Source: an uncultured virus (IMG/VR IMGVR_UViG_3300003324_000404)
Taxonomy: Duplodnaviria > Heunggongvirae > Uroviricota > Caudoviricetes
IMG/VR virus record: IMGVR_UViG_3300003324_000404
Length of the DNA: 64,000 nt
Strand: one strand, 5' to 3'
Below the pieces are notes generated by a model. It was not told where the DNA came from. It did no database searches and worked only from the letters and a program-made list of their open reading frames with translations. Positions 1 through 9,785 of the stretch are shown piece by piece; within the stretch, counting starts at the first letter, position 1, and each line of letters begins with the position of its first letter. Both the position numbers and the translations under genes were made by a program.

Positions 1-1138
1 ACAGGTAGTCGATGTTCTCGATGCCGTAGGTCACGTCGTGACCGAGGTGGTCCGATGCCTTTTCGGTCAGGAACTTCCGAAGGCTCTGCACGCCGCTGCC
101 GTCACGACGGACATCGCCCATCGCATCGTGCAGGAGCTCCTTCATGGTGTTGTCGTCCCAGCGCTTCTCGAGGTCGAGACCGCTGTGCGCGAGCGAGACC
201 GTCTGCCCGGGGTTGCGGGTGAAGCCGTTCTGCTCGAAGACGTTTCGAGTCATTTCTTGTGATCCTTCCTGGGTGTGGGTGAGGTCGCCCTCGTTTGACT
301 CTTCGGACTGGGCCAGCGAGTCTTCGCTCTGAAGACCCAGCCCAACTGCAATCACTTCACGGACGAGGGCCTCCTGGTCCTCATTCAGGCTGTCCCAGAT
401 CTCCTGCTTGGTAGCATGCTCGATCTCTTCGGTCTCGCCTTCGCCTTCTTGCTCGCTCTCGGCCTCTGCGCCTTCCTCGACCGGCTCTGCAGCCGCTTCG
501 AGAGGCTGACCCTCTTCCGACTCACCCTCAGGCTCGGTAGCTGCCTCGAGAGGCTGCTCCTCCTCCTTGGACTCGTCGTCCTTCTCCTCGTCACTCACGT
601 GCTCGAGGTTGCCGCCGATCACGATGAATGCATCGTGCTGCAGCGTCTCGACGCCATCCGGGTCATCCGGGTCGTCGGGATTGTCGCTGTGGGCGATTCG
701 AACGTTGTCGATCTTCGCCCCAGAGTTGGCGCCAGCAAGAGCAAGCGACACCTCCTTGATGCCACCGTGCATGACGCGCTTGACGCCTGCGACGATCTTC
801 TCCTTGAGCTCGTTTGCCCAGATGGACATCGAGTCGAGGTCGCCGTGCTCGACGGTCTCCTTGGCGTGCTTCCCCTCGGGGGTTCCGTTGACGTAGATGT
901 ACCCGTAGGTACCTGCGCCGTCGGGGTGGGTTTCGTCTCGCTCCTCCAGAAGCACGTGACCGAGGACGTTCTTGACGTCCTTGTGGCCGTGCTGCCAGAC
1001 AAACGGCACCTTCGTACCGTTCTGATGTGCGAAAGCACCGGGCTCGATGACACGGCCGTCGGTGCACACGATCCCCGCCTTGGTCACGTAGCCACTGAAG
1101 TCGGGCTTACGCTCGGAAGTTGCGGTTCCACTTCCCAT
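1..1138 (-). CDS. Prohead protease / scaffold / major capsid fusion protein (3' part runs off the window)
   Basis: Translated by hand because it is absent from the ORF track: MGSGTATSERKPDFSGYVTKAG..DGRVIEPGAF..VPFVWQHGH..LGH..SMSI..IKEVSLALAGAN (HK97-type protease), then an acidic linker, then MTRNVFEQ..YGIENIDYL. RBS AAGGAG before ATG 1138. Located downstream of the portal gene. Confidence 0.9.
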   Translation of the reverse strand, partial: MGSGTATSERKPDFSGYVTKAGIVCTDGRVIEPGAFAHQNGTKVPFVWQHGHKDVKNVLGHVLLEERDETHPDGAGTYGYIYVNGTPEGKHAKETVEHGDLDSMSIWANELKEKIVAGVKRVMHGGIKEVSLALAGANSGAKIDNVRIAHSDNPDDPDDPDGVETLQHDAFIVIGGNLEHVSDEEKDDESKEEEQPLEAATEPEGESEEGQPLEAAAEPVEEGAEAESEQEGEGETEEIEHATKQEIWDSLNEDQEALVREVIAVGLGLQSEDSLAQSEESNEGDLTHTQEGSQEMTRNVFEQNGFTRNPGQTVSLAHSGLDLEKRWDDNTMKELLHDAMGDVRRDGSGVQSLRKFLTEKASDHLGHDVTYGIENIDYL

Positions 1139-1164
1139 TTTGACGGTTCTCCTTCCACTTCATC

Positions 1165-1743
1165 TCAACGGCCGTTCGATGCCGTTTGGGGTCGAGCTCT
1201 TTCGAGTACAGCTCTCAGTTTTGCTTCCACATCCTTGATCGTCGATCGAAGATGGGCAATTTGCTCTTCTTTCGAAGGCGCTTCCTTCTTGTCTGGCTCT
1301 TTCTTGGCTTCCTTAGCACGTTCTTCCTGTGCCTTCTTCAGAGCCTCCTTGGCAGCGGCCTTCTGTTTGGCGGTCTTGGGCTTGTCAGGAGTAGAGTCCT
1401 TCTTGTCCGATCCGCCTCCCTTGGTAGAAGAGCTGCTGGATGAGCTACTACTCGAGTCCGACTTGGCTTCGGCGAGTAGCTTTTCGAGCGCCGCCCTCAG
1501 AGTGGAAAGGCGGGCTCGTAGGGCTGCGGCCTGCCTAGAGGCAGAGGCAGCTTGATTTGCAGCCGAGTTGAGGCTAGGGGCGGGCTTGGGTGACCCGCCA
1601 CCCCCCGACTGGCCTCCTCCGGGATCTGGCTGCTGTCCAGGCTTCCGCCCTTTCAACTGCCTCGTCTGAAGGTATCTTTGACGACGAGCGACTGGGTCGT
1701 AGACGCCGGCGTGTGCCAGTATTTCGTCTACGCTAGAGAGCAT
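1165..1743 (-). CDS. Lys/Ser-rich virion-associated protein between portal and capsid
   Basis: ORF overlaps the portal stop. N-terminal ILAHAGVYDP..RYLQTRQLKGRK, followed by low-complexity sequence. Confidence 0.7.
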   Translation of the reverse strand: MLSSVDEILAHAGVYDPVARRQRYLQTRQLKGRKPGQQPDPGGGQSGGGGSPKPAPSLNSAANQAASASRQAAALRARLSTLRAALEKLLAEAKSDSSSSSSSSSSTKGGGSDKKDSTPDKPKTAKQKAAAKEALKKAQEERAKEAKKEPDKKEAPSKEEQIAHLRSTIKDVEAKLRAVLERARPQTASNGR

Positions 1744-3082
1744 TCTCGTCCACCCCCAAGTCCTTGAATGCGTCGTCGAGAATCTTGTTCATCTCCCCGA
1801 AGAGATCGTCCTGAGCCCCTGGCGCAGGTGTTTCTGGAGCCGAACCTCCAGCAGCCGCAGCGTCCAGAGAAGCTGCATCGTTGCCTGGAATGTTCGGGTT
1901 GCCAAGCTTGTTCGCGTTCGGATCCTTGGATGGCTTGAACCCAAGCTTCGGGCGAAGCTCGTTGGCCGTGATTGCCTCGTTGCGAATGAGCTTGTCGGCG
2001 ATGTCCGCGATCTGCGACAGAGGCAGGAATGCGAACGGATCCCAGAAAGTCATGACTGTCTGACCCTGAGTACGAGCCGTCTTCGTCAGGAACGAACGAA
2101 TCATGGATTGCTGGACCGCACGGTTGAGAGGCTTGATCGTCCTGTTCATGTAGTTCAGCATTGCTGCTTCGGTAGCTGAACCGTTCATGATCTCAGGAGT
2201 GAGACCCAACTGCGTGTACAGCAGATTCACGAGGTATTCGATCTGAGTCATCAGACCGTTCTCGGCAGGACGGTTGAGCTGAATCACCTTGTCTGTGGCA
2301 TCGATGTAGCCAATGCCAAGAGGGCTGTTCTTTAACTGATCCTGCAAGGACTGAGTTCGCTCTTCAGCCTCTCGCTTCTTCGTCGCATTTCGCACAGTGT
2401 ATGGCAACTGCACGAGAACATCGAGCTTGCCGTTGGCGGATGCCTCGTCGACAACATCCAGAATGCTGAGCTTGCGAACAAGTCGCTTGAGAACGGATGC
2501 CCCGTCGTTCATCACTGAATAGAACGGGTTGTAAACTACGCCTACAAACTTCTTCTCGAGAATGAGCTCTCGACGCTGCCCAGCGTTCTCATCCCAGACA
2601 TCAACACACACGTGCTGAGGGTAGAACTGCTTGATTGTCCCCACTCGCATCGTTGTGACATCCCAACCTCCCGAGATTTCTGGGTTGAGGGTGGTGTCGA
2701 CTGGAACAAGCGCGATGTAGCCCTCGTCGAAGAGGGACATGTAGACATCGATGAAGAAGGCAGCGGCTGCCTGATCGATGTTTGCCTCGACGGAGAGACA
2801 TTCGTTCAGACCTGACTTCAGCTCCTTCTCGTATTGCCCCTCCTCGTCAAGACGAACGTGTCGAAACTCAACACTCGCTGCGTCGACAGCCATTCGAACG
2901 TAGATCGCCGTCAACAGAGTCTTGTCGTTGATGTGTCGCATGCGGTTGCTGTCCGGTCGGCCGTAGCTAGGGCCATACCAGGGCGAAACTGACGATGAGT
3001 TGCGCAGAGAAGTCGCTTGCCTGTCCGCTACGAAAGCATTCCAGGCATGGCGAAGCTGCTTACCGAGTCGTTCTCGTGCCAT
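1733..3082 (-). CDS. Portal protein
   Basis: 449 aa directly after the large terminase. LRHAWNAF start, ADKLIRNEAITANELRPKLG portal-type C-terminal motif, GGAGG RBS. Confidence 0.9.
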   Translation of the reverse strand: MARERLGKQLRHAWNAFVADRQATSLRNSSSVSPWYGPSYGRPDSNRMRHINDKTLLTAIYVRMAVDAASVEFRHVRLDEEGQYEKELKSGLNECLSVEANIDQAAAAFFIDVYMSLFDEGYIALVPVDTTLNPEISGGWDVTTMRVGTIKQFYPQHVCVDVWDENAGQRRELILEKKFVGVVYNPFYSVMNDGASVLKRLVRKLSILDVVDEASANGKLDVLVQLPYTVRNATKKREAEERTQSLQDQLKNSPLGIGYIDATDKVIQLNRPAENGLMTQIEYLVNLLYTQLGLTPEIMNGSATEAAMLNYMNRTIKPLNRAVQQSMIRSFLTKTARTQGQTVMTFWDPFAFLPLSQIADIADKLIRNEAITANELRPKLGFKPSKDPNANKLGNPNIPGNDAASLDAAAAGGSAPETPAPGAQDDLFGEMNKILDDAFKDLGVDENAL

Positions 3083-3101
3083 GAGTCACCTCCTTCCTGT
3101 G

Positions 3102-4856
3102 TCATTCGAACATCTCCTTGTTGAGTTTCCAAGCAACGAAAGCGTCCAAGAGAGCGGACACGTTGTCAATCTTCTCTTCGCGCCGCTTCTTGTGTAGCTT
3201 TCTGTTGAAGTTGGTGTCCTCTTCCACAACGGCGTTGCCCATACAGAACTGCATGAGAAGCTCGTCGAACAAGAGAGAACGTTCTTCTGCCAGGATCTTG
3301 ATCTCGCCTAGAGGCACAGACTCGGTTCGAGAGCCCTGACGGACCTTCTCCATACCAAACGGGCTGTTCATCTGAGCCCATTTTGTGGCAAAGGCATCAG
3401 CACCGTATACGTCGTACCCGAAAGTCACAACCGAGTAGTCACATTCCTGAATGTGCTTGTCGAGGTCGTCAAATATCTCGCCGTCGACGTCAAGAATGCT
3501 GCCTGCCATGACGTGCAGGCTTCCCTCTTTCACAAACTCGTCGTACTTCTGTCGCAAGGCGCTGGGAAGGCGAGCCATAGTCCTTTCGGTAATATAGCTT
3601 CGAACCTTTATTCCGAACTTGCCGTTGCCAAGCGGAAACAGAAAGGTGAATGCACAGAAGTCATCACCCTGCGACAAGTCGGCACCAAGAGAACATGGGA
3701 GCCCCCAGAACTTACACTTACGATGGGGCAAAGTGTCTTCGTACGTAAAGAAGTATGTGTATCCCGCCATTGGAATACCAAATCTCTTTGCCAGGATGTC
3801 GTTTCGCGTTGAGGGGGCCTTCTCTGAGCGCTCAACCGCCTTATGGTACGTGGAGTATGAGACTGTTTTGCCGAGATTGGGCTGGGCTTTGAGCCACATG
3901 TCAGGGTTCTTAACTTCTTCAAGGCTATCCAGCTTGTAATGCCAGATAGAAACATCAGGAGCAACGTACTCCCCTCTCAGAATATCCTGAAGAGTCATCT
4001 TGATGGTGTCACCAGCCCCGTTACGAACAGTTCCCTCGGAACTCACCGCAACGATCAGCCAATCGTCCACCTTGGACGCACCCTGTTCGATAGCCTCGAT
4101 GACATCCTCTCGAATGTCGCCCGACAGCCACTCGTCCACAGTGTTGTACTTGGAGCGAAGTCCCTGGAGCTTGTCAATGCTCATCGGCCGCACTTCTAAG
4201 AGCGAACCCGTAAGGAAGTTCTCCACACCCTTCTTGGTCGGGACCAGCTTCTGTCGAAGAGCCCGGTTTCCCGTGGTGTTCTGGAGAGATCCCTCTGTCA
4301 AGAACTTGAAGAGAGGCCCACGCGCGCGCGTAATGGACGTGCGAATAGGCCCAATGATCTCTTCCGCCTGCTTCATAGTAGGAGCAGTCGTGATCTGGTG
4401 GGTGGTATGGGTATCGATGTTCAGCCCATAGCTCTGAATGCAAGACTCATACAGAGACTTTGCAGCTCCTCGAGCCACGATGAGGTACTGTTTGTTGACC
4501 AGACGACGCTTCACCCTTTTCGTAACCCAGCGGGTCCCTCGGCCGTCTGGGTTTGGCACGTTGTCGTCGATCTCTTCAAAGAAGTACCAACCGAAAATGG
4601 ACTCCGCCCAGAGTTTGAACGTGTCCAAGAGCTCCAGGGGCTCACCGTTCGTAAGCGTGAGCTCCCCTTCGCAGTATCGAACGAATCCTTCGACTGCTTC
4701 GTCGTCGTAATAGACGCGAGGGCTGGCGATGAGTGCTTCGATGCGATCCATCTCCATGAGAATCTCCCGACAAACCGGAATATGCCCACTCAAGACGTTC
4801 TCTCGAAACTCGCCGTAGTAAATCGGAGTTGCCCGATTAGACAACGTCATCGCCAA
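3102..4856 (-). CDS. terL: Terminase large subunit
   Basis: Walker A-like VARGAAKS, Walker B TVDEW, nuclease motifs GADLSQGDD and KIDNVSALLD. Confidence 0.95.
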   Translation of the reverse strand: MAMTLSNRATPIYYGEFRENVLSGHIPVCREILMEMDRIEALIASPRVYYDDEAVEGFVRYCEGELTLTNGEPLELLDTFKLWAESIFGWYFFEEIDDNVPNPDGRGTRWVTKRVKRRLVNKQYLIVARGAAKSLYESCIQSYGLNIDTHTTHQITTAPTMKQAEEIIGPIRTSITRARGPLFKFLTEGSLQNTTGNRALRQKLVPTKKGVENFLTGSLLEVRPMSIDKLQGLRSKYNTVDEWLSGDIREDVIEAIEQGASKVDDWLIVAVSSEGTVRNGAGDTIKMTLQDILRGEYVAPDVSIWHYKLDSLEEVKNPDMWLKAQPNLGKTVSYSTYHKAVERSEKAPSTRNDILAKRFGIPMAGYTYFFTYEDTLPHRKCKFWGLPCSLGADLSQGDDFCAFTFLFPLGNGKFGIKVRSYITERTMARLPSALRQKYDEFVKEGSLHVMAGSILDVDGEIFDDLDKHIQECDYSVVTFGYDVYGADAFATKWAQMNSPFGMEKVRQGSRTESVPLGEIKILAEERSLLFDELLMQFCMGNAVVEEDTNFNRKLHKKRREEKIDNVSALLDAFVAWKLNKEMFE

Positions 4857-4871
4857 CCCTCCTTTCGTCTA

Positions 4872-5897
4872 TCAGTGGCCCTTCTTCTTGGGCTTGAGCC
4901 TGACTCCCGTCTCTGTCAGCAGGGAGCCGAGGTCCTTGTTCTTCTTGCTGACCTTGATTCCGGCCTGTTCGAGCGCCTTCTCGACGGCGATATCGATCGC
5001 CTTGTCAGCAACGCGGTTGAACTGCCGCTTTCCTTGGGAAGCGAAGAATTTCCGGATGAATCCCTGGGACTTCTGACCCTCAGCGCTTGAGAGAGCTCTA
5101 TTGAACTCTTGCTCCCTCTGAATTCGAGTCGAGAAGTCCTGAAGATCCTTGTTCGATAGAGCGCCAACACCACCTGAATGGAGTTTCTTGGCGATTCTGT
5201 CAACATGGATCTGATCAGCCGAGCTTGTGCGTGCTACAAGACCCGTCTTGGGGTCTACACGACGGCGGACGCCCCACTTCATGCCCTTGATCCCGTGCTG
5301 TTCAGCATCTTCATCTTCATTGATCTCGATGAGGTGCTTGACACCTGAACTTTCGGCATGCTCGAGGAAGTTCTCGAGAATATCCGACATCGCAAGCGTG
5401 TCGTCTTCGAGAACCCTCAAAAGAGGGCACTCGATTCGCTCGTCGTTCCACCACACGGCCAGACGATCGAACTTGACACGATGAAGAGAGCGACCCAAAG
5501 TGCGAAGAATCGCTTCTCCTGCGAAATCTGGATGATCCAGAGTCACATGAGGAGTGAACTGCGGGAATTGTGGAGTGTTGTCCAAATATCCCGCAATTGC
5601 CGGATTCATCATGAAGAGGTTTCTGACCTGAGTCAGACTCTCACCGGTGAGCATTGCGACCAAAGCCGGGGGATTCTCATCCCCCAGCCTTGTGATGTCG
5701 CGCACGACCTCACGGAAAGGCCATAGCATGCTGCAAGCCGTCTTAACTGCCTCGACAAGAACGCCCTGAGCGTCATCTGGAAGAGAGCTGGTCTCGCCGA
5801 AGAACAGAAGCGTTGCGTGCTTCTCCTCTTCTCCCACAAGCCGGATCTGATCCAAAGGCTCAGGAATTGCCATGATTGCAGCAGTCGTGTTTGCCAT
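4872..5897 (-). CDS. 2H phosphoesterase-domain protein fused to an HGIKGMKWGVRR virion-protein module
   Basis: Two HxT motifs (KHATLL, PHVTLD). C-terminal half begins QHGIKGMKWGVRR. Start taken at MANTT (5897) behind AAGGAGG. Confidence 0.75.
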   Translation of the reverse strand: MANTTAAIMAIPEPLDQIRLVGEEEKHATLLFFGETSSLPDDAQGVLVEAVKTACSMLWPFREVVRDITRLGDENPPALVAMLTGESLTQVRNLFMMNPAIAGYLDNTPQFPQFTPHVTLDHPDFAGEAILRTLGRSLHRVKFDRLAVWWNDERIECPLLRVLEDDTLAMSDILENFLEHAESSGVKHLIEINEDEDAEQHGIKGMKWGVRRRVDPKTGLVARTSSADQIHVDRIAKKLHSGGVGALSNKDLQDFSTRIQREQEFNRALSSAEGQKSQGFIRKFFASQGKRQFNRVADKAIDIAVEKALEQAGIKVSKKNKDLGSLLTETGVRLKPKKKGH

Positions 5898-5911
5898 ATG
5901 CGTACCTCCTT

Positions 5912-7348
5912 TCAGGCCGCGTGAAGTCCCCAGTAGGACTTTTGTGCTTGGATCAAAGTTTGTCTCAACGAGACGACGGCCATGATGCCGTTTTCGCCAG
6001 TCCAACCTGTGACATCGGCACCAAAGGTAAAGCCAGAACTAACAGGCCCTGTGAAGCCCTCCTGCACAGCCTGTCCTAGCATCATGTCATCTCCCGTTTG
6101 ACTATCTGTATAGCCTAACGTTCTTTGACCATTCGCCAAACCAGTTGCTGTTGGGCTAATGCTAGCCATAGCTGTACCAGCGTCAGATGGTCCTGTCACG
6201 TAATATGACAGCCCATCCTTATCTGTAGGCTGATTCGTCAAAGCACCTGTCGTGCCTGTGAATGTGCTTGAGCCAACCGTAGTATCAGTAGCCGACACAA
6301 CATAATCGGCATTAGCCGCAACTGAATCGGCCCAGGTATAGCCTTCTTGGGGCTTCCAGATCTGTTGACTCCATCCCCAAGAACTTGTTCCGGCACCCGG
6401 AGTTATTGTTGGATTTGTTTCAGAATCCGACGTCGCGACTTTCTCAAAGATGCAGAGCTTCATCGGTCCTGTATCCGCCCCAACAGCTCCAGTTCCCCCA
6501 GTTAGCGACTTGATCTTTGTCCAGCCGTTGTCCATCGTGGGATCAGAGGCTGTATCTGGCTTGACGCCGACCGCAATTCTCATGCGATCGCCGGTCTTGT
6601 GGGTAAGGAGTGTGGCTGTTTGTGCAGAGACCGCCAGATCTACTGGACCATCTCCAATGCTTCGACACGCAGCTCTGTCTCGAACAAGCGCCAGAAACGC
6701 AGATCGCGGGAAAGTACTTCCGGTCGTACCGCTTGTTGCAAATGTTGGATTCTGAGTTCCAGGCGCTACGCCTTCTGAATAGAAAACGCCCATGTTGGCC
6801 ACACCAGAAGCAGAGTTGTCCCAAGCTTTGCTGTAGCCAGTTTCAGCAGACCAAGCACCGGCATTTGTAGCATGATTACTGACAGAACCGACTATATCCA
6901 CCAAACGATCACTAGTGCTGAATGCTCCAGGACCAATGCCGGTAACGGCTGACGTGTTGGTGGAAACAAACGTCTTTGTCGTATGCGTTGGGTCAGTGGA
7001 GTTAGGAACTGCTCCAACCCGAACGATGTCCGAAAACGCTGTGGCTACAGCGTTGTACAACGCGCTTGTAGTCCACGAAATATCGTAATCGTTGTCGGGC
7101 TCGTCTGTCGCATCGTCATCGACTGTGATTCTCTTGACGGCCATGAGTTCGCGGCCACGTGTCGTTGCGTTGCTCGTTCCCGTATCGATCTTTTGAGTGA
7201 AACCGGTTGGCCAAGTGATTGTGGCATCTCCCGATTGCACATACAAAGAAAGAACTACGATGTCTCCGACCTTGAGATTTGCGGGTTTACCAGGAGCCGC
7301 AGCGGTTCCTGTTCCCGCGACGCCAGTTCCGACAGAACGAAACGTCAT
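5912..7348 (-). CDS. Minor tail / receptor-binding structural protein
   Basis: 478 aa, Thr/Gly/Ser-rich and beta-like, with two related sub-domains (GDIVVL..WPTGFT and GDRMRI..DNGWTKI). Translationally coupled to the collagen fibre gene. Confidence 0.65.
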   Translation of the reverse strand: MTFRSVGTGVAGTGTAAAPGKPANLKVGDIVVLSLYVQSGDATITWPTGFTQKIDTGTSNATTRGRELMAVKRITVDDDATDEPDNDYDISWTTSALYNAVATAFSDIVRVGAVPNSTDPTHTTKTFVSTNTSAVTGIGPGAFSTSDRLVDIVGSVSNHATNAGAWSAETGYSKAWDNSASGVANMGVFYSEGVAPGTQNPTFATSGTTGSTFPRSAFLALVRDRAACRSIGDGPVDLAVSAQTATLLTHKTGDRMRIAVGVKPDTASDPTMDNGWTKIKSLTGGTGAVGADTGPMKLCIFEKVATSDSETNPTITPGAGTSSWGWSQQIWKPQEGYTWADSVAANADYVVSATDTTVGSSTFTGTTGALTNQPTDKDGLSYYVTGPSDAGTAMASISPTATGLANGQRTLGYTDSQTGDDMMLGQAVQEGFTGPVSSGFTFGADVTGWTGENGIMAVVSLRQTLIQAQKSYWGLHAA

Positions 7349-8745
7349 GTCAGCTCCACGACAATCACGGCGTCGGTTCCCGGAGTGGTAGAACCGACAG
7401 AAACAACTTGGACCGTCAGTTCATCGCCAGCAGAGAGCGACGTGACATCGGGAGTCCCGCTGTCGTCCTTTGTTGTACCCGCAGCAACCGAAGCCCGGTT
7501 GCCTGTGGTAGTGAAGATCGTGGTGCCATTCTTGAGAATATCCACCACAACAGCAGATCCGGTTGGAGCTGTACCGATTCGAACCCAAACCTTCCCTATC
7601 GTGCACGCACGCGGAGCAACCCAAGCCTTGTTCGAATAGGTTGTTGCAGTAAGCGCGCCCTCGATAGTGAATGTCGCACTTCCGACACCCGCGGCTCCAG
7701 TCGACCCTGTAGACCCTGTTGAACCAGTAGGACCAACCAGAGAGGTCGGAGAACCCCAAGCTCCAGAAGTCTTTGGGCCGTAGATGGTGTTAGCAGAGGT
7801 GTTGATGTAGAAGTCGCCGTCGACCCCGAGCCCGCTGGATGGAGCGCCCGAGCCACTGCGTACTGTCTTTCCGTCTGCTCCCGCAGCTCCTGTAGATCCT
7901 GTTGCACCTGTCGAACCAGTCGCTCCCGTTGGGCCCACGAGCGATACCGGAGAACCCCACGAACCACTCGTCTTGGGTCCGTAGAGTTCGTTGGTGTCTG
8001 TCCGAATATAGAAGTCACCGTCAACCCCCAATCCCGAGGAAGGAACGGTCGTTCCATTCCGAACGGTTTTACCATCTGCGCCGGCCGGCCCAGTGGCTCC
8101 AGTAGCGCCATCGGCGCCATCGGCACCGTCAGCACCCGCAGGTCCCTGAGGACCAACCAAAGACACAGGAGAACCCCACGATCCGCTTGTTTTGGGACCA
8201 TAGAGCTCGTTTGTGGTCGTCCGAATATAGAAGTCCCCGTCTACGCCCAATCCTCCGGACGGAGCAGTTGTTCCGTTTCGGACAGTCTTTCCATCGGCTC
8301 CTGCTGCTCCAGCAGCGCCATCAGCTCCGGCAGCTCCTTGAGGACCGACAAGAGAGACGGGAGATCCCCAAGATCCTCCGGTTTTTGGTCCGTAGATCTC
8401 GTTGGTGTCGGTTCTGATGTAGAAATCGCCGTCGACACCGAGTCCCGATGAAGGGACACCAGTGCCATTACGTACAGTTTTCCCATCAGCTCCAGCCGGT
8501 CCAGTTGCTCCAGTCGCTCCCGTAGCTCCCGCGGGACCGGTAGCACCGGTAGGTCCCTGGGCACCGGTCGCCCCTGTTGGCCCCTGGGGGCCGGTAGCTC
8601 CTGTTGCACCTGTCGCTCCCTGAGGTCCAGTAGGACCTGCAGGTCCCCGAGCACCAACTGGTTGAAGATCGAGTTCGATCTGACCTTCGATGATGACGTC
8701 CAGCTCGATAGGAGGTTCGCCGGACTCAATGACGGTACTACTCAC
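7345..8745 (-). CDS. Collagen-like tail fibre protein
   Basis: Gly-X-Y runs interspersed with four repeats of GADGKTVR.G..PS.GLGVDGDFYI.T..N..YGPKT.G.WGSP.SLVGP. Confidence 0.85.
   Translation of the reverse strand: MSSTVIESGEPPIELDVIIEGQIELDLQPVGARGPAGPTGPQGATGATGATGPQGPTGATGAQGPTGATGPAGATGATGATGPAGADGKTVRNGTGVPSSGLGVDGDFYIRTDTNEIYGPKTGGSWGSPVSLVGPQGAAGADGAAGAAGADGKTVRNGTTAPSGGLGVDGDFYIRTTTNELYGPKTSGSWGSPVSLVGPQGPAGADGADGADGATGATGPAGADGKTVRNGTTVPSSGLGVDGDFYIRTDTNELYGPKTSGSWGSPVSLVGPTGATGSTGATGSTGAAGADGKTVRSGSGAPSSGLGVDGDFYINTSANTIYGPKTSGAWGSPTSLVGPTGSTGSTGSTGAAGVGSATFTIEGALTATTYSNKAWVAPRACTIGKVWVRIGTAPTGSAVVVDILKNGTTIFTTTGNRASVAAGTTKDDSGTPDVTSLSAGDELTVQVVSVGSTTPGTDAVIVVELT
7730..8490 (-). 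repeat. Four tandem coding repeats (about 150 bp each plus collagen spacers) in the fibre gene
   Basis: Repeated peptide units at roughly 8340-8490, 8150-8300, 7930-8080 and 7730-7880, with synonymous divergence. Confidence 0.9.
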
Positions 8746-9136
8746 GAGTCACATCTCCCTTCGGCTTCATGGCGCCACCCATGATGGTTCGAGGATCTCC
8801 CAGATCGTCGGTGATCTGGAGATCCCAGCGTGCAGCGGAGACTCCACGAAGCAGCTCAGACTCGCTCGGAGGAAGATAGACCCAGATCAGGTCTGTCTCG
8901 ACATCGTCGATCTCTGTCTCGAAAGACGCCAGAAGAACAGTGTCCTTCTTGAGATCCTTTCGAACCTGAGCTGCCACCGTGTAGCCATCCAGAGGCAGCG
9001 GAATGATGTTCGGGGCCTCTTCGGTACCCGGGTCGTCGGGGTCCCTTTGTTTTGCCCGGACCTTGAAGCGGATCGCGTCGCCGGCGATGAAACGAATTTC
9101 GACCTCTTCGTAGGTGAGATCAAGAACCTCGGCCAT
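8738..9136 (-). CDS. Tail-fibre-associated Ig-like/BppU-like protein
   Basis: 132 aa with GD..F..LDGYTVAAQVR..WDLQITD..RTIMGG, a pattern typical of fibre N-terminal adaptors. Confidence 0.55.
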   Translation of the reverse strand: MAEVLDLTYEEVEIRFIAGDAIRFKVRAKQRDPDDPGTEEAPNIIPLPLDGYTVAAQVRKDLKKDTVLLASFETEIDDVETDLIWVYLPPSESELLRGVSAARWDLQITDDLGDPRTIMGGAMKPKGDVTRE

Positions 9137-9501
9137 CAGCCAGCCTCCTCTGCTTCGATGTCGCCCTGAGCGAGCTTGAGGCGATACAAGTGCTCCTCGA
9201 GCTGACCTTGCATCATCTCAATTGCGAACGAACTGGCCGGCGGATCGAACATCAATCGAACCTTGAGGCCGACGAAAGTTCTGGCCTGATTTCGACGGGG
9301 GTCGTCGCCCAGGAAATCCTCCCAGAGATCGTCTTCGTTGACGATAGCGTAGCCCTCATAGGGACCAATGCCCACCTGGTTGAGATCAGAGAGCGCGGTA
9401 TTGATGTACATGACGAAATCGTCGTCGAAAGCCGTGTAATCGGCAGCGACGTTGTTCAGCTTCTTGATGCTGAGCAGAATGCTCTCTGTCACATCGGACA
9501 T
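9136..9501 (-). CDS. Head-tail adaptor/connector
   Basis: SILLSIKKL..FD.D....IN.A...L.QVG.GP..KVRLMFDPP.SS pattern typical of this phage group. Confidence 0.75.
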   Translation of the reverse strand: MSDVTESILLSIKKLNNVAADYTAFDDDFVMYINTALSDLNQVGIGPYEGYAIVNEDDLWEDFLGDDPRRNQARTFVGLKVRLMFDPPASSFAIEMMQGQLEEHLYRLKLAQGDIEAEEAG

Positions 9502-9514
9502 TGGTCACACCTCC

Positions 9515-9745
9515 CTACGACTTCTTGGTCGTTTTCTTCGCGGTCTTCTTGGCCGTGGCCTTCTTCACGGTCTTCTTGGCGGAAGCCTTCTTCGCAGAGG
9601 CCTTCTTGGCCGGCGCCTTGGTGTCGACGTTGAGGTTGTGCTGCCTGGTCGGAACGCCCTGCGCTCGAAGCGCGGCCTCCTGGGCCTTGTAGCCCTTGGC
9701 ACGAGCCTCAGAGAGCTGACGGGTCTTGTCGAATGTGTACGGCAT
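9515..9745 (-). CDS. Small histone-like Lys/Ala-rich protein
   Basis: KAPAKKASAKKASAKKTVKKATAKK tail and GAGGAGG RBS. Confidence 0.7.
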   Translation of the reverse strand: MPYTFDKTRQLSEARAKGYKAQEAALRAQGVPTRQHNLNVDTKAPAKKASAKKASAKKTVKKATAKKTAKKTTKKS

Positions 9746-9785
9746 GGTTCACCTCCTCAGTTTCGCTTCTCATTTTGACGGCTGG

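Noticed and set aside
416..1555. 379-aa plus-strand ORF and other long plus-strand ORFs (e.g. 57125-58270, 62632-63813)
   Set aside because: Antisense shadows of highly codon-biased minus-strand genes, with no recognisable motifs.
7730..8490. Diversity-generating retroelement TR/VR pair
   Set aside because: No reverse transcriptase, and the repeat differences are synonymous rather than adenine-specific.
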